Assembly: GCA_037447605.1 (NCBI GenBank)
Contig: CM074806.1
Span: 1,240,001 to 1,304,000, forward strand
Source: Zygnema circumcarinatum SAG 698-1b
Taxonomy: Eukaryota > Plantae > Zygnematophyceae
Length of the DNA: 64,000 bases
Reading direction: 5' to 3'
Positions 35,731 through 47,542 of the stretch are shown here, in pieces; position 1 is the stretch's first letter; every line of letters starts with the position of its first letter. Made by a program: the position numbers and the translations under genes. The notes beneath the pieces were generated by a model. It saw only the letters and a program-made list of their open reading frames with translations, searched no databases and was not told the origin of the DNA.

Positions 35731-38340
35731 TTATTGGCGGTGGCCTACTGGAAGCTGCACCACTTGATAGAAGGGCACCTGGCGCTGAGGTAAGCCCTCC
35801 ACACCCTCTTCTTCGTCATCATCAAAGGCCAAGAAATAGCTGCAATCACCAATACCAAACAAAGGAAACGAAACCGTTAGGTTGAACACGTGTGAAAAAA
35901 CACAACAAAGGCAAGTTAACAAGAGAATGGGTTTGCGCGAACACTTGGAGGAGAGAGGAGAGGGACGACTCACTCATCAGTTTTCCTCTGTTGCAGAAGA
36001 CAGCCACGAGAACAGACCAGCAATGCATTTGTGTCAGTATCGCAATAGACAAACGCTTTTTGTGGATAGCAGCACCATTTTAGAGACAATTCCGGCACAA
36101 TTGTTCAGGAAGTATAAACAAACGCGGAATGAAGACCACACTACACCAGAGGCTTGGCGTGCTGCAAGAAAACCATGACTTGCAAAATCCCACCGGGAGG
36201 TCCAACTACAGTAGACCCAAACATTCTATCTTAAGGCGTCATTACGATGGAGATGAGGCGCCGCACCTTTCGAGGCGCCCCCACAACACAAGCCTTGTAG
36301 AGCGCAGTTGTTCCCGGATACACCGCCAGCACGGGCGACCCTACCGAAAAATCTGAAGTTGACGCTGCTTCAGACCGCCGAGGAAAGGGAATGATGCATG
36401 ATGGCTGCAAGCGGTACTTTTTACTGCAGCCCACAGAGTCACATAAAGACAACGGAGCCACGGTAGTTTGGTCACCTTCGTCCTGAACTAGCACATGCGA
36501 TGGACACAGCCTGTGTTTCCGGCAACGACGATAAGCTGGGGAGAGGACACAAAGCACAAGAGCGAAGCTTCAAAGGCTCAAGAAGCAAGGGTAAACACAT
36601 ATGAAGGAAATGCAGCAGCTCAGAAGGCAGCGGCTTTGGGACATACACACCTTTGACCACTTTCCTCATCATCCCCCGGCTCCTCATCAATAACATCATA
36701 TCTGTTCTACACAAAATCCATGATTGAAACAGTTAAAATTTGAAAATCAATTCAAGACTTAGTTGCAAATTAGACAGATAGATTAGGAATATGATGTGAA
36801 CTTTGAAGTCGCATTGAGCACACAAATCATCCACGTTCATGACTTGAATGCGTACTGCCAACAAAATGAAGGAATGGAAATAAGCACTAGAGAACAGCAG
36901 ACAAAGATGTTATGTTCAGGCATAACGTCGAAGCAACAATCTAACGGTGGTTGAATGGCTGAACGAAAAGCGGTAGTGCATTTACGGTAACCAATGTCTC
37001 ACCTATTTGTTTCTCGATCATAGCGGGTGACTTTCACGACTATCCAATCATCTTTGGGTGCATCATCCGGGGAAACTCGTGCTGCCACCTGGCCCAGATG
37101 CATTCCCTCTCCCTATTCAACAACTTTGCTCCACTCCAGTAATTTGAAAGCAGAGGTAGTGTCTGCAATTTAGAGGGACTGAGGCTCAAGTCAAGCATTG
37201 CTCTGCTCTAGCATTGGCACCTGGTCACCGGAAGCAATTGCTTCTGGAGCCCAGCGTTGTGCCTGCGATGGGGAGCTCAGCGGTCGGGTAGTTGGTGTGG
37301 GACCATTCGAAGTGCTGTCCTCCCCTTTGGCTCGCTTGCGCTTTGGTTCAGTCCACTCTGTTTAGGTAGCAGTAGGAAAAGAAAACAACAACTAACACAG
37401 ATTTGCCACACACATTGGCACCCATTCATGACGTAACGATGTAACCATAGTATACACCCGTTTGTACATCAAGCATGCAGCGATCCTAAAAACATCTACA
37501 TTGCTGCTGTCGTAAGTGCGTTCGTTTCTAGAATGACATACGAACATCAACAGCTGAAATCAACAGCATTACAATGCTCGGTTGGTAGGAAATTAAGGGG
37601 ACAGAGACGACTACGAACAGGCTTCAAGTCAAACATACTTCGCACCAGCTTGCAGAAACGAAACATTAGTTTTGTGCGTTTAGATTCGCGAAGTGACATG
37701 TACACAATTATACCTGCTCAGCTCTTTCACCATAAAGCTGATTATCACACATGAAAGACGAGCACCTGGTTTCTTGCGCTGGGTTACTCCTGAGACTTGC
37801 CCTCCCAAAGCTTCCAGCTCCCTTAAGCACTTGACGCACTCACTGCTGGCAGACACATTGCGGGATAAGCATGTCGCCATTAAAAACAAGGAGCCCTACA
37901 TTACAAAACACTTCAGCGCTGAACTCGAGCAGCCAGCTCATGCTGCCTAATTTACCTTTCTTCCTGATCAGCTAGCTTTTTTGCATCCTGATAGAATCCA
38001 CGTAGCATATTCCACAGCTTGTCACCAAGTTTCTCTGCTTTTTCTGTGGCTGCACACCGTATGCTCATCCCCATCCGGGCACTGGGTGAGTCAACTCGCA
38101 TAAAACTAGAATTGGAAGAATACCAGAAATGTTGAGAAAAATGAACTTCAACTTTAAGAAAACTAAAAAAAATATTAAGCTTGAGTGCTAAAAGCTTCCA
38201 AAGTCATTATGAAAGTAACCACCAGTTTCACAGAGCTTCGAATGCATCCTGTTGATTTTGCGGATGATCGTATCCTGGTCCTTCCTCAGCTTGTCCACAG
38301 CCTTGAGGTGCGTCACCAGAGCCTCGCTGAGGGTTGCCAT
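35731..38340 (-). CDS. SGF29: SAGA-associated factor 29 (coiled coil plus tandem Tudor), about 8 exons
   Basis: DKLRKDQDTIIRKINRMHSKL, GDQVAARV..DDWIVVKV, YDVIDEEPGDDEE, IIPFP..VLAVYPGTTALYKA and FDDDEEEG..LPQRQVPFYQVV match plant SGF29. Confidence 0.93.
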
Positions 38341-38373
38341 GCCTTGCGCCGCTGCGAGCAGCCCTCCCTCCTG

Positions 38374-38418
38374 CTATGCCTGCCGCGCGCCATCCAGACC
38401 GCCCGCCCCCATGGCCAT
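38374..38418 (-). promoter_or_regulatory. Upstream ORF (MAMGAGGLDGARQA*) in the SGF29 leader
   Basis: Two in-frame ATGs in good context, with a TAG 33 nt before the main ATG. It matters only if the TSS lies upstream. Confidence 0.4.
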
Positions 38419-38860
38419 GGGCGGGACAGAGGCAGACTCTCCAGTCTTCACGCTCCGCGACCACTTGCCTCGCCGCGCCAAATGTTGGCGTTGCGCTTCG
38501 GAATTTACACTAAAACAGAAACCGTACTTTCGACCTTCGAGTTCAAACTCTTTCCTCAGAGTGTATGTACTGATTTTGACATTTAGTCTTCGGAAAATTC
38601 CAGCGCTTGGCGCAGCCCAGTGCAGCTGGTTGGATACGATAGACGACGACGCTTTTGCGCGCTCTGCAGAGAGCGGGAGGGGGGGGCAGCACGACCGCAG
38701 GATAGGGTGTGTGTTCTCCCTCTGCTCTCGCGCGCCCATGGCGGTCACCGCACAGGCCGGGAATGAGTAACGCGAGCTCTTGCAATTATCGCCTCTCTCA
38801 CCTGCTTCGTGCCGGCTGCACCGCGCCGCAAATCAGGAGAGGCAGGCTCTGCGATCAGCC

Positions 38861-41800
38861 ATGGATGCATCCAAAGTTTTAGGCTATGAATTTGAAGAGG
38901 TGGGAGGCTCACGGGCTCTCTTCATCTTCCTTTTGCCGTCTGTGCAAACCTTTGCGTGCTGCATAGACTGCTGTGCACTGGAATCCGACGGGCTGAATAG
39001 CGGACTTGTTGCTAAAGATGCTTTTATGCACATTTATCGAAATTATGAAGCTCGAAGAGCGACAGCCTGCCTGACGATATCGGCTGTGTGAGGGGCATGT
39101 GGACAGCACAGACAGAGATTGAATACACGGAGAGGTATGCTTGCAATTTTTCCTGCCCCTAGTCGATTCTTTATTAATTTGGCATTTTCTCGAAAAGAAA
39201 TAAAGAAAATAAATTTAACAGCTGTGGCGTATGCACATAGTCTTGATAAATTTCCTTATCTTCTCAATTTTTACATGGGACTTCCCTGCTTAACTTAACT
39301 TGCTGGTTTTCTTCAATTCTTTTGTATCAAGTGTAAGACTCGGCAATTCTTCAAAAGGAATTTCATCCCACCTCATGTCTCTTTGAATTTCTTTATTCAT
39401 CGATTGACCAGCTGAGATGTTTCCAAACCTCGATAGTAGTGCGCTCCTTGTTAGAGGAAAGGCGCACTACTAAGGCGCGAGGATTCTTTCTGGCATTCCA
39501 GAATCTATGACGCGTTGCAGTATCGCTATTGGTCGCGCTAAAATTTAGAAAGATACTGCGTTCTTTGCAACCTTGACTTCTTAGTTGAACAGTTTAAACA
39601 TCAGAGTTCCTACCCGGTAAGGTGACCTGCCGCAATGCATTGATGCTAGATGCATTTTTTAGTTTCGGCATGGTGGCGCTATTGCACTCATGGGATGAAA
39701 TAAGTTGGATCAGGAGTCCACCAGTTTTTTTAAATCGTGCAATGACCATATTGACAAAATAAGGTCTTCAAGTTGTTAATATATACTAGCACTATTTTCC
39801 TTAAAAGGTACTCGATCAATACAGTCCGATGTTCGATAGTTTCTGGTCCGATTGAATATTCTTTAATGACTCTTCGATTTGCTCGTTGCAGAGACGTGGC
39901 ATTGTATGCCCTAGCGGTGGGTGCTCCAGGTGGAAATGCGAGCAACGAATTAGAGCTACCTTTTGTTTATAACAACCTTTTCAAAGACAACTTCAAGGTA
40001 TACACCTGCGCCTTAATGTCTTCATTATTTTCTACGTCAGGTTATTTGATTATGAGCTCTCGATGTTTGCTCCTACATTTGAACATTGAACACTTGTGTC
40101 GTAAAGTGACTTAGTGCGCACATGTAGTGTTGCTTGTTGTTCTGTACTCGTGGTTGCATTGACAGAGTAGCCTGACTCTGAGGTTATCAGTTTGAAATCC
40201 CCTTTGCGAATGGAAAGCAACTGTCGTCGTGTCAAACCTTCGTGAACTAGAATGTTGCTCTCTTATTTGTATGTTTGCACCTGAGGTATTGCCTTTGATC
40301 TGTTTCCACTTTTTGTCTTGTCCTGGATGTGAGTCATGCGATACAGAGCTTCAAATGATTGATGTTGGAGATTCTTGTCTTGACCAATTCCTTATGATCA
40401 AGTGGTGATGGCTTTATTTACCATGGGTATTATAGGTGCTTCCGACCTTTGCAGTGCTTTTCCCTGCGAGTCTGATAGAGCAATTCCTTTCCTTAGAGAG
40501 CCTCCAGTAAGTGCATTTTCTCAGCCGTTTACACCCATGCTCTCTATTCATTATCATGGACATATGCACACTGCCAGGGGAGCTATCGCGAGTTAGGGAT
40601 GTTGGGTTGATGTGAGAGTTCTTCACGAAGGAAATTAGGCGGTAATGTCCTTTTTTTCTCCAGTCACAAAACAGTACGGCTACATGGAAGGCCAGAGAGA
40701 AGAGGAGAGCGGTGTAGGGAGTGGATAGTTTCAAATTTCAATTGTTTGATTGGTGGCCTTGTAGTGGTTCTTAAGGCATTCTGTAAGGGGGAGAGTACAG
40801 ATTTGACCCGAAGCTACTACTCCATGGAGAACACTACTTGGAACTTCGTAAATCTCTGCCAATTCGGGCTAAGGCAAGTGTTTGGCGGATCATGCAGTTT
40901 CTTGCATTTGTTCTTTTGACATAATGCATCAAAAGAGACATTTACTCAGATAGTAGATATGACAGTTTTGCATGTGATGGCTGCTTTGCCGGTCAAGTAT
41001 TGAATGGGAGCACAGCTAACGGCCAATCTGAAGGCTCAGTGGTATGGGCGTGTTTCTGGATTCAAATAAAAGAAACCGCTGACTCATGGCGATGCATATG
41101 TCTTGCCGATATTTTTTCTGGCGTGTTGCTAGTGAAAATGCTACTACATGATAGCTGTTTTGTTGGCTTGCAGGACCTAAATGACTCAAAATTTGTGCAC
41201 TCTGTGTTGCACAGGTGCGCAGTCGGAGCAGGATATGTGGTCTACAGGACAAAGGTAGGCCTCTGTGCCACCGAGAGCATAGGGGACTATAAGGAGGTGC
41301 ATCAAGGACTGAATCACAGCCCTTCCCCTCAACTAGCATCCAGAAGGGTGATGAATGGAGTGTGCAGGCAAAGCAGCTTTGCTGGATGTGGAGACCGTCA
41401 GTCTGGACGCCTCCACTGGTGCCGTGCTCTGCATCAACAGGTATCCCTTCGGATCTTTACCCTAGCGTTTTATCAAGCACTTATCCGCGGTCAATTTGGG
41501 CATTGTTTGCAGTCCCCTCATATCTTGTATTCCAGGCACGAATGGAAGTTTTGGTACGCACATTTTGACAACGTTGGGGTCTTCAGTAATTGCAGTTTCT
41601 TGTCTGCTGAGAAAGATTAATAAACGACTCTGCGATGGTGATATTTGTGTGCAGAGCCACATGCGTTTTGAGGGGAGCAGGTGGCTTCGCAGTTTCTCAG
41701 CCCCTTTCGCGAACAGGTCTTCCACTTCCTCCAATCCCCTCGCAACCACGTGACGTGCCTCCCCACAGGCAGTGGGAGGAGAAGACTGCACCTGCACAGG

Positions 41801-42974
41801 TGTGGCATGACACACTGAAAGTCCTTTTGGAGTCACATTATGAAATCAAGGCTTTGGGAATGTCTTTGGGGTTGATAATGAGCGGCACAGTTGCACTAGC
41901 TGGTGAGGTTAACCCAGTGGGCGAAAGTTGACTGATACTGTATCAGCTGAACTCCGAGCTCGCTGAATGGTTTCTACGGTGAGCAGAGCAGAAAAAAAAG
42001 GAAAGTAATGAATCCAGTGCGATGTTGGCCTGCGAATGGGACGAGATGCATTAAGCTAATCTTACGTCTGCATGGTACAACACGACCGTCTCCAGAGTGA
42101 AGCCGTATACCCTGAGAGTACTATGGGCACTCGTTAAATCTGAAAAGACCTCCTATTACGACTGTGCAGGCTCTTCTTTACCGTCTGTGCGGTGATTACA
42201 ATCCTCTCCATGCTGACCCCGAGTTCGCAGCCTCTGCAGGGTGAGTTGCTCTTGTTGAAGTTAAACTTCAGCATAGAGGAGCAGTTGAGTTCATCATCAA
42301 ACATGAAATAAGGAGAAGGGAGGAATGTCCTTCCTGCAGTTGCTTGAGATTGGCTCTCACGACATGTTTCTGATTGCAGGTTTGAGCAGCCCATACTTCA
42401 CGGCCTCTGCACTCTGGGTTTTGCGACGCGTGCCCTGCTGCGGTGCTTCTGTGGCGGGCAGCCGGAACGCTTGCAGAGCGTGCAAGTGCGCTTTCTCCTC
42501 CATGTGTTTCCGGGAGAGACACTTGTCACTTCTATGTGGTCAGACGCTGCAAAAGAACAGTAAGTGATCCCCTTGCTTGCTGTCTTTGTATGGATACAGG
42601 AACCTTAGGCAAACGAGGCAGTGTGGGAAATACTGAGAAGGAAAATGGCTGCCTCTAGCATCAATATGCAGGAAAGCGACCACCATGGGCAGATGGCTAG
42701 AATATTGATAAGATTGTTGTGTGGATGACCTTTGTTCATGAAGAGACCCGGAGGGCCCGGTCGAAGCTGAGGATCAACGCTATTTAGATGCAACAAGCCA
42801 TAATAGCATAGCAAATCTGTCGCTTATTCTTCTGTACTGCACTTTAGCGGCAGAAAGCACTGACTGAAATGTGCAATCGGTGTTTGCAGGGTCTTGTTTA
42901 CTTGCGAGGTGAAGGAGCGGAAGGGCCTGGTCCTACGAGGGGTTGCCAAGATCGCTGCAATTTCACGCCTGTAG
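38861..42974 (+). CDS. ECH2: Peroxisomal enoyl-CoA hydratase 2 (MaoC/hot-dog fold), 11 exons
   Basis: YTERDVALYALAVG, VLPTFAV, FDPKLLLHGEHY, hydratase-2 motif YRLCGDYNPLHADP..A..AGFEQPILHGLC, HVFPGETL and a C-terminal SRL* PTS1. It includes a 23-nt exon (39112-39134) and one GC-AG intron. Confidence 0.95.
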
Positions 42975-43729
42975 GACTTTCCGAGCTGTTGTATCATACC
43001 ACCGGCTGTAGTGCCGTTTGCAGGAATCAGCTTCTCGTTTGCTTTCTCCACCACCCCGTGTTGTGCGGTAGATGCGGCCATGGCGTCCCTGGTTTTTTCC
43101 ATGGACCTCTCATGCCCAATGTTCCTTGCTAGGTCCGTTTCAATCACACCCCTCAATCCCGTGGACATGCGCCTCGCCCCGTGCCCGCGGCTGCCGCATG
43201 CGCGCATGCATGCATGCAAATGGCCGGCGAGGATTTATCACAATTTTGGGTATTGCAAAAACTAGCCGCAAACTTGCCGCCGTTGCTACTTTTCCGACAC
43301 TTGAAAAATATTTTCCGGGCAGTCCGGAAACATCCTTCGCTTCTTCTGAAAAAAGGACGTGTGACACGTGTCGCCCTCCTGCTACGATCATACAATTTCA
43401 AGCTGCACGCACTTCGCAGACAGGTCCCGGTCTGCCGCACGTGTGGAAGTAACAGGTGGATCAAGATCCACGTGCGTTGGTTGTCTCGTCCTAACACATG
43501 AAATGTTGATTTTATTTTGAGGGTAAATTGCACGTTCCATGAGGAAGTGGCGTTACGAATCGGCGGACGCCACGTGGACGTTTTGAAGCTGTGTGGTTTA
43601 CGTAGGCGAAGTTTCGACCGCAGACGGTTGCACTCCAATTGTGTGCGTGTGTTGCCATGTTGAGACGTTTGTGGGTCTTGCAGGGAGTGGCGCGTGTGGG
43701 ATGGTGAGGGTTCTTGGAGGGGACTTCCG

Positions 43730-43820
43730 CTAATCCTAACCCTAACCCTAATATTACTGTAACTCTAACCTGAATCCAACCCTAACGCTAACCCTAACCT
43801 AATTCTTAGCTTAATCTAAC
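43730..43820 (+). repeat. Degenerate (CCCTAA)n hexamer telomere-like tract
   Basis: CCTAACCCTAACCCTAA...CCAACCCTAACGCTAACCCTAACCTAA. Confidence 0.75.
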
Positions 43821-44394
43821 CACGTGCGTTGCCTAGTGGTAAGACATGAAATATTGATTTCCCTGGAAATTTGTATAGACGACGAATCCAAAACCAACGA
43901 AAACCGAAATGCTTAATTCCTCCGACAGGCTTACGTGGTCAAGGTCTGACTCCCCCTATTGGGAAAAAAAGAAAGGGGATTTAAAATTGTTTTTGGTAAA
44001 AGCCTAAACGTGGAAAATATATTTCAATTGTATATCCACTTGAGGCTACGTGGTAGCCCGAGCAGGCTCCACGTCGCTGCTTTCGTTCCCACTAATCCGG
44101 TTCACCACTTTGCTATTTTTTTCCCGTCGTTGTCCTTCGTCTCCCCCTTTAACAAGGGCGAGGCCAGCCATGGCGGAGCGCCGCCTGAGCCTCTTCCCCT
44201 CCTCCTGCCCTTCCAACCCTCCCTGAAGGAACCCCAAAGTGCAATTGCGCCTGGGAATCTATGAATACAGGGTAGCCTCTTGCTTCTCCTTGCAGCTGCC
44301 ACGTGTCCGCTCATCCAGGCTTTGCGCTCTCTCTCCGAGTATTCGCGGAGTGGAGAGATAGTGGATAGAGCCGGAGGCCTTTCAGTGGTAGAAA

Positions 44395-46946
44395 ATGGCG
44401 CTAGTTTCTGCTGCAGCTGCTTCTTCCTGTGTTTCAAAGCGTTCCCTCTACCCTTTGTGCCGCTTTTCAAGCCAGACAGCCGAACAGCGGCATGCAGGGC
44501 TGGCTGACGTCTCACAGAACCTCAGAATGGAGAGCCCTGCATCGACAGGAGAGCCTATTTTATGTAGACAGGGAATTCGTCTAGCTGGAACGTCCTTTTT
44601 TGGTGTCACGCAGCAAATGACAGACCGGTATACAGCAGCAAGCAGGTTACAGACAGGGATTCATTGGACAAGGAAGGAAATTCGCAGTCGTCTAATTCGA
44701 GTTTCAGCTGCAATAGGGAATGGATCAGGGGCTCCTTCAACTGCGGATTTGAATTTACCTCTTTGTGAACCTGAAACCCACGATGGAGCCGTTGAACCTA
44801 AACCTCAATCTACTCGCCGCACTCGCCCTTTTAGGTTGCCGAAGATTTTTCGGATTCGTCCGCGCTTGTGGCTGCTTTCAAGGAGACTTAGCCCCGCGAA
44901 TTTGAAAAAAATGTTGAACCGAGCAGCAGAGGTCCTTCAGACTCATCGATGGATGTCCCTGGTCATGGTATTTTTATTAGTTTCAGTTACTCTCTACACA
45001 TTAGCTGCACGCTGGCCATCACCCCCTCCTTCCCAGCTTGTTCCTTACTCAGATTTCGTCCAACAGGTAGTGAAAAGAAGTGTTGGGGAGGTGAGCTTCC
45101 AGGAAGGCTCGTCCCTTCTCTACTATAATGTGAAGCAGGCAGCCGTGAATGAAGCAGCGAAGATAGGTGAAACCGTGTTGCAAGCGACCAAGGAGTTGCA
45201 GGGTTTAAAGGTTGAACCTGCTTGGCAGTATGTGACACGGCGAGTGAAGCGAGATGAGACCTTTCTCCTGTCTCTGCTACTTGAGACTGGTGTGAAGTTC
45301 AGCTCTGTACCCGTGCCTTGGAGCTCATCAGTGCGCTCACTTGCAGCAACCATGTTGATGCTCTGGGTACCCATTGCCCCATTTCTGCTACTCATGCTTC
45401 GGCAGCTCAGTGGTCGTGAGTCTTCAGCGAGGCGGGAACCAAAGAAGCCGAGACCCACTCGCTTTACTGATGTGGCGGGTGTGGACACTGCCAAAGCTGA
45501 GCTCACAGAGGTGACGCAACTTTCAGCGTGTTGCTGCTGGGCTGAGATGGGCTGCTACAGTGCTGGATTGAGCAATGGGAATATCAATGTGAAAGTGACT
45601 GTTGTTTCGGGCTGCTACCTCAGCGAAAGTTGCTGAAAGCTGTAAAAACCTTTTCTGTAAAGAGATTGACGTACAAGGACGTATCCTCGCATAACAGCAT
45701 ATTGCCCTTTTTATTCATTTTTATGATCTTCTGTGGTTGCATTAATTAATTTACGAGGTGTTTGTCGGGATGTTTGGATGGACAGATTGTTTGCTGTCTC
45801 AAGGGAGATGCAAAATACAATAATCTCGGAGCACAGCTGCCAAAGGGAGTGCTACTTTATGGACCCCCTGGCACTGGGAAGACACTTCTGGCACGGGCAG
45901 TAGCAGGCGAGGCTGGTGTGCCATTTTTTGCAGCTTCTGCTAGTGAGTTTGTTGAGTTATTTGTGGGAAGAGGAGCAGCTCGTATAAGGGAACTCTTTGA
46001 AAATGCTAGGAAGAAGGCCCCTTGCATTGTGTTCATTGATGAGCTTGATGCGGTTGGTGGTCGGCGAGGAGCGAGCTTCAATGACGAAAGGGATCAGACT
46101 TTGAATCAGGTGAGGGTTTATCAAATGAGACAAAAATGCCTGCTGAGGCATACTGCTTAGCCTTCTATGTCATTTGAGATTCGAGTCAGTTGTGCATTTT
46201 TGGCGAGTTCTTGCTCTCTATTCTTATTGTTGTGCTTCTTGAAACGACACCCCCTTTTAACCTACAACATGTGGTGTGCTCTGCTCTGCAGTTGCTGACA
46301 GAAATGGACGGCTTCAATTCTGACAGTAGAGTTCTTGTCCTAGCGGCCACCAATCGGATGGATGCTTTGGACCCGGCCCTCCTCCGTCCTGGAAGGATAT
46401 CGCGGAAGGTTAAAGTTGGGCTTCCGGATGTGAAGGGCCGAGAGCAGATCCTGAGCATCCACCTGCGAGGGAAGCCTGTGGACGGCGATCTCCAAAGGAT
46501 GATCGCGGCAGTCGCTGCGTTGACAGAAGGCTTAGCGGGTGCTGACCTTGCGAACATTGCCAATGAGGCGGCACTTCTGGCTGGCCGAAGAGGTGCGTTT
46601 GCAGGTTCCCTTTAGGGCGCAGTCTTGATGTCATTGACTGTGCTCATATAACTAATTCATCAACATCCGGCCTAGCTTCGCGGCCAGGTCAGCATGCATG
46701 GAAGACCATTGAGAGGGATGGGTGCATGGTGGTGCCTGTACAGATTCAAGCTCTCTTACTTTGGAGAACCTTCTGGAGGCTGTGGACCGAACAAAGTTTG
46801 GAGTGGGAGAGAAAGGGGGCCCCGTGAGAGGGTGGTGGAGGAATCTGTCAAAGCTTGCGGCGGATGGCCTTGGGGAGGAGTTCAGTTCAAAGCCGTGGCA
46901 GCGAAAGGGGTCCCCGGACTACCGCTCTGCACCGCTGGGGAGTTAG
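44395..46946 (+). CDS. FTSHI3: Chloroplast protease-inactive FtsH-like AAA ATPase, 4 exons
   Basis: Transit-peptide-like N-terminus, two TM segments, [23 protein letters not shown], Walker [23 protein letters not shown], Walker B VFIDE and [18 protein letters not shown]. It ends soon after the AAA lid with no M41/HEXXH domain, as in FtsHi3. Confidence 0.9.
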
Positions 46947-47542
46947 CGAGAGGGAAATTTTGAGGCGTGTAAATAGGAAAAATGTCTTGAATCCGTGGGA
47001 AATATAAGGTGCAGCACACCTTTCTATTTTTTCTTTTTTAAAATTGGGACCACAAGGCAGTGATATACATAGTGCTATACTTGAATATCCAGGGGGGTGA
47101 CATTGCACATTTATTTGGTTTTTAAAAAAATCTGAAGGAAATGGTTGCAGATGTTTAGGTTAATGAAGAATAGAAACATATTCAAAAGAATGTTCAACAT
47201 GTCAAAAGAAAGACAACAAGTTTGCCTTGGGGGTAGCAAGTTTTTAGGCACAATCAAATAATGTATAGTGCCTTCCTCGAATTGCATACGAAAAAAAAAT
47301 TCGGTTAATCATGCTGTCAACAACTGATTTAACACATACATTTCGACCTTTTGATACAATATGACAAGGGGGACAAAAACAAAACGAGAATTACTAAACG
47401 CCCGCCGATTGCCAGCAAATACTTCTGACGAGTGGTGGTTCTGCATCCCCCGATGCTTCAAATTACAATGCACTCAACAGACTCCGCTCCCCGGCCCAGC
47501 CCCAATCATGCATTGCGATGCATGTCATATCACGTATGCACA

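Noticed and set aside
44395-46946. FtsH lacking its protease domain as a truncated pseudogene or novelty
   Set aside because: This is the known architecture of FtsHi3, and the AAA motifs are intact.
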